From positions 86,738,001-86,802,000 of the forward strand of contig NC_043005.1 of assembly GCF_006345805.1 (NCBI RefSeq): DNA of 64,000 nt. The letters are read 5' to 3'. A program made the translations under genes and the position numbers. Each line of letters begins with the position of its first letter. The stretch's first letter is position 1. Below the pieces are notes generated by a model. It made no database searches, was not told the origin of the DNA, and saw only the letters and a list, made by a program, of their open reading frames with translations. This document shows, piece after piece, positions 27,290 to 41,836 of the stretch. The stretch comes from Octopus sinensis. Lineage: Eukaryota.

Positions 27290-27812
27290 ATACAAATATA
27301 TGTATGTATATGTATACACAAGTGTGTTTTTTCATATGTACATGTAGTTGTTAGTATATATATATATATATATTGATGCGAACATGTGTATTTGTATGTG
27401 TGTAAGTATATATGTAGTTGGAGAGAGAGAGACGTTGAGATAGAGATAGACAGATAGAGATAGAGAGAGAAACAAGAGTCAAAGACGGATTATTTGCGAC
27501 ATATGTATTATCTATATCATTCATGTGGACATTTGCCAAACATTAATTGATAGTTTCGAATGCGTCTATCTATAGACATATATATCGACTGACAAATGGG
27601 GGAGTATCGAGGAGGAGAAGTGTGAATGCATTAAAATGATAAGGGCTTAATTACTGTCTATTGACTGCTTGCATGCTTCTTTGAGGATAAAAACAATTAG
27701 ATTCCCAGAATATTGGGAATTTTCATTTTTAATTATTCGTAATTTAGGATATTTTAAAGTAAGTGACGACATAAGTGGAAACGTAATGAATTGTATACTT
27801 ACGAAGATAGAT

Positions 27813-29661
<1,849 letters not shown>

Positions 29662-31558
29662 AGGCCGATTGTATCACTGAGTTTTACTTAATTTAAGTAT
29701 CACTTATTGAATGGCAACCTCTAAAGTTATCATTGCATATCCATGACACGCATTTTACGGAAACATTTGCCTTGGATTGTGATGTAATCATGAGCCTAAT
29801 ATCGAGGAATTCGTTGCGTATATGTTTGTAGCTGTTTCTACATAATTTGCTTGCAACATATATTCGTTCCCTATTCAAATATAAAACGATAACCGATTTA
29901 ATTGTCACTGTGTATTTAATCAATAATGAAAGAAATAACATTTTTCTCTAAAGAACCAGCAAATGAATTAAATATTTTATCCATTTCAGTTCATGATGAC
30001 ATTCAACAAATATTGAAATATACTGTCATCATTTGTTTCCGTTTTAGGGTGAATAACACCTTCAAAGAACTGTAATGGCGACTGGATGTTGTTAAAATAG
30101 TTTTAGTTTTAATAGCGAAAGCAATTAAATTCTGAAGTGTCAAATAAATATGATAATTTCCACTCACAAATTCAATTACATGCATACATATACACATGCA
30201 TACGCATACAGGTAAGCATATATGTATATCTATATATGCTCTGTCTTTGTGTGTGTATGTATGTGTGTAAGTGGTGCGCTTATATTTATAATATATATAT
30301 ATATATATTATATATATATATATATACATATACATGAGCGTTTCAGTGTGTGCAGACATTGCGTGTGTCTGCGTGAGTGTTGTGTGTGTGAGTGTCGACA
30401 GAGAGAGAGAGAGAGAGAGAGAGAGTGAAAGAGAAAGAGATAGATTCGTGGAAACAGAGATAGATGCAGTGAAAGAGAAAGGCGAATAGATATATTAGTT
30501 AAACGTGTATACCCACACTTATATATCATGTTCATAATGTTTTTCTTCAATTTCAATATTCAGTAACATACTTTCATTAAACATCATTAATACGTGATTC
30601 GACAATCAAATTTTGTCTGTGTATCATGTATAAATTTATGTGTATTCGTCTACCTAAATACGTATCGTTTGTGATTGTCGATATGTATGAACTTAAGCGA
30701 CAGGGATATTGTAGATTTCAGCATTTTAAGAAGGAAATCAATAATTATACTTTTATTGTACAAAATATCCATATTTTCACTCTCACATCATAGATTTTGT
30801 CTGTCGCATAATTCTGGTTTCAAATATTTGAACAAAGCTAAGATGTCTGGAGGAGGTCAATTACATCGATCCCACTGTTCAAATTGTACTTATTTTATCG
30901 ATCCCGAAATGATGGAAGCTAAGTCAACCACAGTGTGTTTGAACGCAGACCATAAAGAGGGACGACCTACTGCAAACCACTGTAGTCAGCGTGCGAACGA
31001 CGTTGGCGCTCGCTGCCTTAAATCTTTATCGTACAAAATATCCATATTTTCACTATTGCATCATTGATTTTGGCTGCCGCATAAAGTTAGATTCTTGCAA
31101 ATAACGACCATAATTTATCTCTCTTAAATATAACTGACTTTTTCGCGTTTCCAGCCCCTCGACAGCCAGACCACACTACTAGCACCCTCACCCCTACTAA
31201 CTATCACAAACATAGACCTCGTTCTGAATCAAATTCAAAGCAACTGTATTTCACAAATAAAACTTAAACTAATGAACCCAATATTTTGTTGATATTACAT
31301 AAATCACCGCCCAATTCTCGCCCCACTTTTCTTCAATGCCTCTCTTAGAACTTTCCACCGCCCGTGAGGGTACAATACTGCCCACTTTGTGAACCACTGC
31401 TTTACACATACATATGGATTCAGTGCTTTCACTTGATCACTGTCTAACATATTTGCCGATCAAGTTTGAGCATACTTTAAGAGCATAGCATAGCGTACAA
31501 TACTAACACACATATATGTAAACACATACACACACATACATACCTACTGACATATACA

Positions 31559-31690
<132 letters not shown>

Positions 31691-31732
31691 GTATATATAT
31701 ATAATATATATTATATATATATATACATATAT

Positions 31733-32270
31733 AGGCGCAGGAGTGGCTGTGTGGTAAGTAGCTTGCTTACCAACCAACCAACCAACCACATGGTTCCGGG
31801 TTCAGTCCTACTGCGTGGCACCTTGGGCAAGTATCTTCTACTGTAGCCTCGGGCCGACCAAAACCTTGTGAGTGGATTTGGTAGAGGGGAAACTGAAAGA
31901 AGCCCGTCGTGTATATATATATATATATATAATAATAAATATAAGAGAGTGGTCACTATGTGGCTCACTCTAGCACTAGTAAATCCATATATATATATAT
32001 GTGTGTGTGTGTTTGTGTGTGTGTGTATGTGCGTGTGTGCGTTTGTATGTGTGTGTGTGTGCGCGCGTCTGTATTTGTCCCTCACTATCACTTGACAACT
32101 AACTTTGGTGTGTTCACATCCTCGAAACTAAGCGGTTCGACAAAAGAGACCGATAGAATAACTACTAGGCTTACAAAAAATAAGTCCTGGGGTCGATTTC
32201 TTCGACTAAAAGCAGTGCTTCAGCATGGCCGAAGTAAAATCACTCCAACAAATAAAAGAATAAAAGAAAA
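31733..32270 (+). mobile_element. SINE family A, full length
   Basis: aggcgcaggagtggctgtgtggtaagtagc...ggttcagtcc...cagcatggccg...aaagaataaaagaa. Confidence 0.9.
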
Positions 32271-33051
32271 AATGTACATATATATGAGTATGCGAGTATG
32301 TATAGAATTTGATATTAATATTAATATAATTTTATTGCCTCAAACGTAGTGCTAAGCGTAAAAAAATACGGTCAAAAGTGTTCTGGTATTCAATATAGCT
32401 ACATATGATGGGTATACGTAAATTAGCGTTTCTATAAATCCATCAGTATGGACAATTTAGGATACTATTGGTTTTGTTCCAAACACATATCATGACATTC
32501 CTAAACACACCCGTATAACTTTTGCGAAGGTAATTGGTACTCTGACTGTGTAGTGATTGGGCAAGTACAAGCGTACTGTATCATTTTATATAGCTTGGCA
32601 TGAAAAAACAGAGATCAGGGAAATGTATTTGTAGACGTCATTGAAAAGCATGCAACATTGGTATCGCACCAAGCTAGTTTGTTGTGAAGGAAAACCGAGT
32701 CAAATTTAAATATATTTCAGGTGGCACTCACGACAATTAGTTATCTATCTGTTAAAAATGCTAATGATTTTTTTTAGAGAATCTATGCATATTAGATTAT
32801 AGGAAAAGCAATTATAATTAATGGGCTATTTACTATTGAAATATTTAAATGTTTTTCTATATTTATGTGAACAATTGAAAGTAACTTTTTTTCTACAATT
32901 CAATACTAGTAACACAGAATTAACGCTATAATACATTTCCGGAAGTAAAAATCACATTTAAAATTATCGGCACTGTAAGATGGTGCTTAAATAATAATGG
33001 ACCACTGTATATCATACTTAATTATCCTGTCTTTTTAATCACATTCATTTA

Positions 33052-33144
33052 CTAATTGTCGTGACATAGAATTTCTATGTTTCTGATTGTCGTGACGTGG
33101 AATTTATATCTTTCTAATTGTCGTGACGTAGAATTTCTCTGTTT
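33052..33144. repeat. Three tandem 31-bp units
   Basis: Consensus ctaattgtcgtgacgtagaatttctatgttt x3, no spacers. Confidence 0.9.
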
Positions 33145-33739
33145 AGTTTTTATTCTTTCTTTATCTTCAAAACTTAAATACTAAAATGGCTTTTCTTTGA
33201 ATAGTATACTTCTTCTAAATGTACATTTTGTATGCGTCCATCTATTAGCGATGTTTTCTTCGTCCACTTGGAATTTAAGCCAGTTTTGGTTGCCTCGATA
33301 ACGCTCTGTTAACATATATTTTCGGATATATTAGACGGATATTTTATACTTTTTTTCTCTATCAAAATATACTCACACAAGAGAAACGATTGTTGGCTGT
33401 GTTGGTAATGTATGGTGTAATCAGCAACACTGGTTTCCAGAGTAATTGAAGCAAACAAAAACAGTTGTTCAAGCTTAATTCTGACGTGCTGATTTCAGAT
33501 ATTCAATGAGTTTTCACTCATCATCTCTAATATTTGAGATATACATTATTATGATTTTGCAACAATTCACGTGACCATATATATATGGTCAATTTTTATT
33601 GTTTCCAGATTTTTGTGATACATATCATAAATGGCTTCAGGCACTTCAGAACACCGAGGATGCATCAACAAGGCAAATACATTCATTAATATACATAGAC
33701 CTGAAAAAACTACGCAAACGACATCGGACCCCTATAAAA

Positions 33740-34085
33740 GGAAATGAGGAGAGGCAGTGCATTCAACGTGCTGGCCACGAGGTTGGCCCTTGTCTATCAC
33801 CTCAATGCCAAATACGAAGGATGCATTGTTAGATCTAAGATAAGCACAATGGGACAAGACGGAATCAATACCGCCCGATGTGTCCGTGTGGCAGAGTCTC
33901 AACAAAATAATGATGCAACCATAGTGTCTTTGGTAATCAACAGGGGCGATCAATAAACGAACCAGATGAAATATGTAATGTCTTTCACCAGCATTTCGCT
34001 CAGCTTTCTTGGACGAGTGGCATGACAGGGCGCCGGATGAACTCCACGGACTTTCTCGCCGGCATGCCGCGACTCTCAGGCCTGG
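33740..34085 (+). mobile_element. Old L1/Tx1 ORF2 fragment
   Basis: VLATRLALVYHLNAKYEGCIVRSK..GINTARCVRVAESQ aligns with VLAARTVLYRHLNSKHEGCRVRAN..GINVAGWARRVESQ in the intact ORF2. Confidence 0.8.
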
Positions 34086-34089
34086 AAGC

Positions 34090-35537
34090 TTCTAAGAAAA
34101 GATCCAAACAAGGGATGCAGATGGTACCCCGTCGAATGACTTACACTGATATATTATATAACCTCCTTAGCTAACCTGCCATATCTCTCAACTTTTATTT
34201 TTTCCTTTTCGAATACTTTGTTGTCAGCTGGGCATGGTATATCTATGATCCAGCATAGTTTGCTCTCTTTCTCAATTAAGATTATATCTGGTTTCCTATT
34301 CTCTATCTCATGGTCGCACTTAGTCATAAAATGCCATCGGATCTTTGAATTATCCTTTTCGATGATGGCTTCGGGTTTATATTCGTACGGTTTTTTTGGT
34401 CTATGAAATCCATACTTTTTTCAGTGTGTCGAAAGGACAATCCTTGCTATATTGTCATGACGTCTCTTATTTTCATTCTGGACTAGTGGCGTATATTGAC
34501 TAGTAATGTGCCATACGGTTTCACCATTTTGTTCACAAATTCTGCTCTGAACACTTTCTGATATGTTGTCGATTTTGTATTTGATATAATTCGTTCTTAA
34601 TGATTGATCTAGAGCAGCACAGATTAGGTCCTCCTTTTCTGGTTTTAAATCACTTTTAGACATCAAGAGCCATCAAGAGCCATCTTTTTTCCTTGTCTGT
34701 CTTATCTTCAACATCTCTATGAAAGTATCCATGCACTCGTTTCTGTATCTACCTATTTTCAGTGTCATTCATTCTCAAGTTCTTGTACAGCGCTTTATCT
34801 TTGCAATCTTTCATCCTACACAAGCCTGACCTTCTTACTTCCAATAATAGCCGTGGCATTCTTTATATACCATGCTATGTTGTTTTCTGCTGCTCTAATG
34901 CTGTGTTCGCATCCAATAAGTCCTCTTCCTCATCTTTTTCTTGGTAATGCAGTCTATCTGTGTCACGTTTTGGGTGGAGTGACCCATATCTAGTCAGCAA
35001 CTTCCTTATCTTTTTGTCGAAGTTGTATAGTTCGTCCTGTCTATGCGATTAACCCTTCTCCGTACCTAAGGGGTAAAAGAACCCATGTGTTGAAAGCTTC
35101 AATCTTATTCCACCCGTTTAATTTCGACTTAAGGATCAGTCTCAGTTTGCGCAAGTACCCACCTTACATTTTTCTGTTATTTCTTCCATCAGTTTCTCCA
35201 TTTCCCAAATCCCCAAGTACTTATAGCCCGTCTCTTCTATCTGCTTCATAACCTCTCCGACCGTATCGCTAGCCCGTCCACACATTTGACTTTGCCTCTC
35301 TTTAAGTCTAACACGCCACGCTTTTTTAGTCTGAACTCCATTCTGATATCAGCACTGAAAGTATACACCGTATCAACAAGGAAACTGACTTGGGATTCAT
35401 CTTTACCATAAAGTTTGAGGTCATCCATGAATAACAAATGGTTAAGTTACTTTTCCTCCGCTTGCAGTCTATAAGTACAGTTTTGTCTATCAGGAGTTGA
35501 TCCTTGGTACATCTGCATTTACGCTTGCAACCCTTAT
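34090..35537 (-). mobile_element. R4/Dong-like relic
   Basis: [48 protein letters not shown] and RRHDNIARIV. Confidence 0.85.
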
Positions 35538-35716
35538 GATATGTGTATTTACATAGTTCATGTCATTTCGGATAATCCGTTGCCTGTACTTGTAGCCAGC
35601 ATTCCCCATATGCTGGATGCTGGCGTTGTTGGTGCCGTAAACGTCACATTGGGGATGGTGCCGCTAGTGATGGTGAAGGCTGGCTGTAGGTCGGGAGCAA
35701 TGGTCGTTTAACTGGC

Positions 35717-35745
<29 letters not shown>
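35538..35745 (-). repeat. Dispersed ~200-bp sequence, inverted copy of 46575-46781
   Basis: ggataatccgttgcctgtacttgtagcc...ggctgtaggtcgggagca is the reverse complement of tgctcccgacctacagcc...ggctacaagtacaggcaacggattatcc. Confidence 0.9.
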
Positions 35746-35747
<2 letters not shown>

Positions 35748-37619
35748 AGTATATGAAGGGATTGCCAAGATCGTTAAAAGTTCAAATACAACATATTTTG
35801 CCGGATTCCTTGCAATTCCAGAGTTCAAATACAACATGTTCAGCTTATTGCTTAACTGTGTGTACTTGATTCCTCAATCTCAATAGCACTGAGTGACAGA
35901 AAGTAGAATTCTATGAATGTAAACAGCGACAAACTTAACCATTTCTTTTGGGAAATGTTCATCTCTCTTCTACTCGACCGGCGTCTTTCGCCACCATCTT
36001 GTTTCCGGATGCTTCCGCAGTCCACTTTGCCAAGTAATATGTTCCTGTCATGAAAATTTCATTATGCACTTTCTGCTGGATTTAAAAGTAAATAATTGAA
36101 CCCAATATACGTACTTGGCAGAGGGCTTCCTGATCATTTTAGGGGCAGGTTCTTGACGGTATTGTATAATTTAGAGGCATTGTGAAGTATAAAAGAAATA
36201 CGGGTAGAATGCATCGTTAAACAGAAAGTGTTATTATAAAATTCTAATCTGAATGGAGATCAACATTATCGAAAAATTAATTTAATGTTAACAACTTGAT
36301 ATTCACTCTTTGACAGTAATTAGCGCTCCTAGAGCACAAAATTTCAAGAAACGTAGCCTTGCTTATTTCAAAAGCACACATTCGTGTATAATTGTCTAAT
36401 TAGAAATTTGAGTTTTATTGATTGTTCCAATATCAATGTATCAAATGTAAAATTGTTGGTTTATACTGTTTCTTTTTTATGATTGCCTTGTATTGGGAGT
36501 TGAGTCAGCATTAAAAATTAGAAATTAGATACTGGTACATCCAAAATGTCTCTGATATATGGAGGCAGTATTTAACTTAAATCGCCATCCATTTAGCATA
36601 TTTAATACATACATATATTATGTGAGTGTCTGTATGTATGCATCCATGAGTGTGTGTGTGTATACATTAAGTATGATTCACAAATGCCTATTTTAGTTTC
36701 ATGTTGCCTCTACGGTGTGCAGCTGATTTTAATCAGCTGGGCAGCTATACGCAGCATCACCGAACGCCGTATTTAGGCACTCGTATATCAGAGACGCCGT
36801 ACGGACGATTTCCCCACCCCACTTTCTCTCTCTCTCTCTCATTCGCTCACTCTCTCTCTCTTTCTCTCTGATTTTGTGTCTTTAAATACAGGAAGGCTAT
36901 AAGACATATCTCATGAAAAATACAACTGTAACGGACCGTTCGACAATGTGCATACATTAAATATGATACCCAGCTGGTTATGGAATTTAATATCTAATAT
37001 GTTGGTATGTTGATTCTCAGACACAGGGAAAGACGTTTTGTATTTCAGTGTGTAAAGCCGCGGCAGAATGTATAAATCTGTTGTACAGTGCGCAGGATTG
37101 TGGCTTTGACTTGACATCAGTGGTATAGTGTGTAACTGGATCCCACCACTCCATTATATTGGTGACGTTCAAAGATTAACCAGTTCCTAATTTTAGATGT
37201 TCTTTTGAATGTGTATGATTTTAAACACATCTGCTTTTTATATTTCATTAAATTTTACACATGCCCATGACAATGTTTTAAACCTCCCTCGTGGTACCAT
37301 TTTCTTGTATCGTTGCAGCCATCTGTAACACATTTTATATGTAGATCTCGTCATAAAAAAAATGATTAGCAAGATAGATTGGAAAGCGAGATTAGAAAGA
37401 GATTACTGATGCAGATAAACACAAGTCTTCAGACTGCCTTGGATTTCTTTTATAGCCACTCTTGATGCCGAGTGTTCACTTTGTGTACTAGGATAGAAAA
37501 ATAAGGATCCATTGATTAGTCTAAGGCCTAGAAATTGGAAACGTGTGTTGTGAGTAGAACGCAAGTGTCTGACTTGAGGCGATATGAGCTTGGAGAAATA
37601 TTTTTTAAAAAAAAACGTA

Positions 37620-38160
37620 TATTTTACTCGTTTTAGTCATTAGACTACGACCATGATATGGTACCGCCCAGAAAATTTATTAGTCGAATGAATCGACCCT
37701 GTACTTGAATAGTATAAAGCCTGGTACGTATTCTATTGGTCTCTTTTGCCGAAACACTACGATTCCAGGGACGTGGAGGATTCAAAAAGTGTTCAGTTGT
37801 ATATTTAAGAGATGAGGAATTATGTACATTATTTATATTATTTACATTTGATAGATAGTTATCCTAATCTTGTTTGTTGTTGACATAATCCTTCGGTTGA
37901 TATACCCTCCAGCCTTCATCAGGTGTCTTGATGAAGGCTGGAGGGTATATCACCCGTCAAATGCAAACAATGTAAATAATGTCAAAAAGGGTTGTCAAGC
38001 AGTTTTAGGTATAAAAATACATACTACCAGCTTCTTTCAATTACTATTTACCAAATCCACTCACAATGCTTCAGTCGGTGCGATATTATTGTAGAAGACA
38101 CTTGCCCAAATGCATGTGGTTGGAAAGCAACTTTCTTGCAATACAGCTACGCCTGCGCCT
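37620..38160 (-). mobile_element. Degenerate SINE family A interrupted by a Penelope-like fragment (~37775-37965)
   Basis: SINE 3' part (ctattggtctcttttgccgaa) and 5' part (accaaatccactcacaa..agaagacacttgccc..cctgcgcct) flank an unrelated insert. Confidence 0.7.
37894..37956. ncRNA. Hairpin formed by inverted duplication of a hammerhead-like motif
   Basis: Perfect 24-bp arms 37898-37921 and 37929-37952. Minus strand reads gacac-CUGAUGA-a-ggcug-loop-caacc-GAAG. Confidence 0.5.
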
Positions 38161-39264
38161 ATAGTGTTCACTATTGTTGTGTAAATGCAGATTCCCTAAT
38201 TAAAATATAGGGCTCTGGCTGTTAGACGAACCCGAGAACAGTTCGATTAGTTTTCAAGCGGTTTTGTTGTATCTTACTCGCCTTGAGATAGACCAATAGG
38301 CTTACTGAACATTTACACAGAATCCAAATTTTAGCAGCGCTGATATTAGTAATCTGTACATCGGTAAATCTAGTGACAGATAATATCAATTAATAGATAA
38401 AGTAGCTGTAAATTAACACACTTTCCGGCGATTTTGCACATTTGCATATAGGCATATATATTGGCAGTGTCGATATGACTGATTAGCATATCGTTATCTT
38501 CACTGACAGTTCTTGTTAATTAATAACTCACATAGTTATTAATTAATACAGTCCACCATTGAATGTACTGGTACACAAATGTATAAAATGTTTCCTTGCT
38601 GGTCGTTGCTTTTTTGTAAGAAGGACGATGCTTGCTGTCTGTATAAAATATATAAGTTGACATTCCTTGTGGGGAGGCGTTAACTAATCGAATTTAAGTT
38701 ACGATTTCTCTTATTCTTCCTGCAGAGAAAGCGAAGAGCGTCAGATAATGAAATTGGAAAAGAACCAAGCTGAATAATTTTTTTGTCGCTGGCTTCAGTC
38801 ATTGGACTGCGTCCATTCTGGGACGCAGCCTTCAATGGTTTAGTCCAACACCTCAACATCGGTACTTATTTATAAGTTTGGGACTTATTCTATGAGGTAT
38901 TCTGTTGTAGGGTCACTACGTTGCCGGGATGTAAACCAACCAACACCAATCACAATGGTCAACAAAATTAAATGTATTAAACTCATAAGGAATTCAAACC
39001 AACTTATTGTAGAGCAATTTTTCATACCGATTTCAAAATTGCACTCCATTTGTATGCAACACGTATCAGTTTTTCAGTAGATACACTTAAATATTTACAT
39101 ATGTATATTTATAAAATCATTAACGTAATAAATAAGGACATATTTTTAGAAAGTAAAAGAGTTTATTGAGTTAAAAATCCTCACGATCATTCTACAAAGA
39201 ATGAATACACACAAAATTGGGTCAGCCAAAACAGACAAAGTTAGGACAAAAGAGTTAGAAATAT

Positions 39265-39490
39265 TGTTATTTGGATTTCCTGCGGTGTTCCTGATCTGGT
39301 TGATCATGGTAAAGTGTCCAGCAGTAGTCAATCTGCATACTGTCCTTTCAAAAACCTTTGTACCGTTCCTCCATAGCACTAATGTCCTGGAGAGATCATT
39401 CACCATCCTCATCAGAAACTGCTCCAAGGTTATCTGCAAAGAAATACGGAAGAGAGTCCAAGGAGTGAACTTTCAGTAACAGGCAACATT
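39265..39490 (-). mobile_element. Sola2-like transposase C-terminal relic
   Basis: Minus strand: LKVHSLDSLPYFFADNLGAVSDEDGE*SLQDISAMEERYKGF*KDSMQIDYCWTL. This resembles the LKxHFLxSHLDFFPENLGAVSDEHGERFHQDI..YCW motif; family assignment is from memory. Confidence 0.6.
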
Positions 39491-39575
39491 GCCTTCAGTT
39501 CATCTTTGGTGTTACAGGGAGTTTTGTTGGTCTTTCGCTCAACTGCGGCCCACACAAAATAATCAAGACAAGGTA
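39490..39575 (-). mobile_element. mariner/maT-like transposase fragment
   Basis: LDYFVWAAVERKTNKTPCNTKDELKA, similar to the 62860-62950 region. Confidence 0.6.
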
Positions 39576-39641
39576 GAAAATGCTAAAATAATTATTTTAA
39601 AATGTTCTACCTTGTCTTATTTCGCACGCACACACACACAC

Positions 39642-39724
<83 letters not shown>

Positions 39725-39729
39725 TATAC

Positions 39730-39760
<31 letters not shown>

Positions 39761-39993
39761 GGGCGTGTTTACGAACAAAAGCAAAAGACGAAGACAGGTG
39801 GGGTACAAAACTAACAGATGTATTAGTATAACGCTCAGGAATAGAAAAAAGTATTTTACGTTTCGAGCCCTTCTATGTATATATATATATATATATATTT
39901 GTATATAAATATATATATATATGCATACATAAATACATATATATATATATATACAAACATCTATCTCTCTCTATCTATCTATCTATCTATCGC

Positions 39994-40035
<42 letters not shown>

Positions 40036-40383
40036 CGATAGATAGATATTGAAGATGCGGTACTCTCTCCCTTTGCTTTAACCTCTTCAATCTTTCTCCC
40101 TCCCACTCCTCCTCTCTCTTCGCCGCGTGTCCCCCTCCTCCTTCCCTCTTCCTTGCCTATAAAACAAAATTCCTTTACACGTGGTTCCCACTATTGAAAA
40201 GACATTCTCGAGTTACTGTTCATCTGCGTTGTGAGAAATTGCTGCCTCCATTTAAGAGAGTTCGGATTTGTGCTATTATTGTTTGTGCTAACTGTTTTGA
40301 ACAGTGCCCGTTGTAAAACGGTAATTTTCGCCCTACGGGGCAGAAAATTTTGTATTACCTGCATTTTTATTACCTTCGAGGTG

Positions 40384-41808
40384 ATGGATTTCGACTTGAC
40401 GTCGAAGAAGGATTTTCCCGTGATGGGAAAAAGTGAAAATATGGAAAAGGAAGTACCCAAACAGTCATTCTCGGCCGCGGTGGGCGGCGCCATGATGGAT
40501 GTCGAGTTTAAAATTGAACAATTGTACGAATTCAGGAACCTGGTAAAAGTGGAAGGAGGCGAAATAAAGCTTGTACCGCCGCAGGCAAAGGTACAAGAGA
40601 TTAAGGAGAGAATAGTTATTTACAAGGTATACAGCTTCAAAGAGAAGAAGATAATGGATGTAAAGAATGAAATGGTAGAAAAGTGCCTGTCCCCGGTGTG
40701 GGACAAAATCCGTCATGTCGTTAGAGGTGCACGCAGTGCTACAGTCGAGGCACATTTCGACACAGCCGAGGTAGCGAGAGAGGTGTCGTCGTTGACTCTA
40801 AAAAACGACGACATCATGCTGCTACCCTCGTACATGGGGAAGCGTACAGCGAAGTTACTGGTAGAGGACATACCCAGAGGGTACGACATCATGTGGGTAG
40901 CAGCGGCGGTCCTGCACAAAATTGAACGAGAGATATCGATACTGCAGATGAGAAGGAAAGAGGTGGTACGGTGGAAGGGTCAGACCCTGGAGCTCCTCGT
41001 ACAGGCGGAGAACAAAATCCTAGAAAACCTGCCCGATAGAATCTTCAATGAGGACGGTACGTCAATGAGAGTTTCGGTAGAGGGACGTAGACCCAGATGC
41101 TTCAAGTGTGGAGAGAAGGGGCACGTCCGATCAAATTGTATAAAAAAGAAGAGAACAGAAGAAGCGCCTCCTCCAAGTGTCCCCAACACTGAAGGGGAGA
41201 AAACAGGAAAAGACAACGAAAAGACGAAGACAAGTACGGAAACAAAAACGGACCATACAGAACCAATGGACTACACACAAGTCACTCATAAAAGAAAAAA
41301 AGATAATACCCAGGACTCCCCTCCCCAAACAAAGAAACAAACAGCAAACACAGCAGACACACACACCAAGCAAATCCCCCAACCCTACCCCCATGGCACT
41401 GTTTTCATCGGAAAACAGTTTGCCAAGCCCCTCCCCATAAAACAAGACATAAAAAAGTGTTTACAGAAGAACGAGAGGATCATAGCTTTCGACGAGAAAA
41501 ACGAAAGAGTGTATAAGTGTTGTAAATTTTCAAGATTTGTATTGTATAGTAGAGCCACAGATGTGAAAGCAACCGCTCGCTTCGCGAAGGTAGGGGAGGA
41601 CGAGTGGAAGGAGGAGGTTCTTCAGGAACATCTGAGGAACCGTCTAATAAGAGACGTGACCAAAGAGGTAATGGAGGGCAAACTGATAATAACCCCGGCA
41701 ACCACACCCACCCAGAGCCCAGTGGCAACGCCGGTCAAGAGCCCTGCAGCAGCGGAAGAAGGGGAAGCAGGCAGATTTAAACTGTCATGCTCCCTTTCCC
41801 AACCGTGA
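40384..41808 (+). CDS. LINE ORF1p (gag-like nucleic-acid-binding protein with CCHC zinc knuckle)
   Basis: Frame is open from 40231; first in-frame ATG at 40384. Has CFKCGEKGHVRSNC followed by a basic, low-complexity linker. Confidence 0.85.
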   Translation: MDFDLTSKKDFPVMGKSENMEKEVPKQSFSAAVGGAMMDVEFKIEQLYEFRNLVKVEGGEIKLVPPQAKVQEIKERIVIYKVYSFKEKKIMDVKNEMVEKCLSPVWDKIRHVVRGARSATVEAHFDTAEVAREVSSLTLKNDDIMLLPSYMGKRTAKLLVEDIPRGYDIMWVAAAVLHKIEREISILQMRRKEVVRWKGQTLELLVQAENKILENLPDRIFNEDGTSMRVSVEGRRPRCFKCGEKGHVRSNCIKKKRTEEAPPPSVPNTEGEKTGKDNEKTKTSTETKTDHTEPMDYTQVTHKRKKDNTQDSPPQTKKQTANTADTHTKQIPQPYPHGTVFIGKQFAKPLPIKQDIKKCLQKNERIIAFDEKNERVYKCCKFSRFVLYSRATDVKATARFAKVGEDEWKEEVLQEHLRNRLIRDVTKEVMEGKLIITPATTPTQSPVATPVKSPAAAEEGEAGRFKLSCSLSQP

Positions 41809-41836
41809 GTACATTTATTTTTCTCTCTAACCTACA

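Noticed and set aside
33052-33144. CRISPR-like 31-bp repeats
   Set aside because: Units are contiguous with no spacers, there are no cas genes, and the context is eukaryotic
36719-36810. Short hairpin cagctgatt-tt-aatcagctg and GC-rich patch as a promoter or ncRNA
   Set aside because: No associated ORF or recognisable RNA motif; insufficient evidence
39280-39450. Apparent host exon after a minus-strand tttctttgcag acceptor
   Set aside because: Transposase similarity continues across the site and the frame has stops
40191-40201. TSD core CTATTGAAAAG also occurs at the end of the repeat near 162-172 (reverse strand)
   Set aside because: Only 11 AT-rich bases with unrelated flanks; compatible with chance
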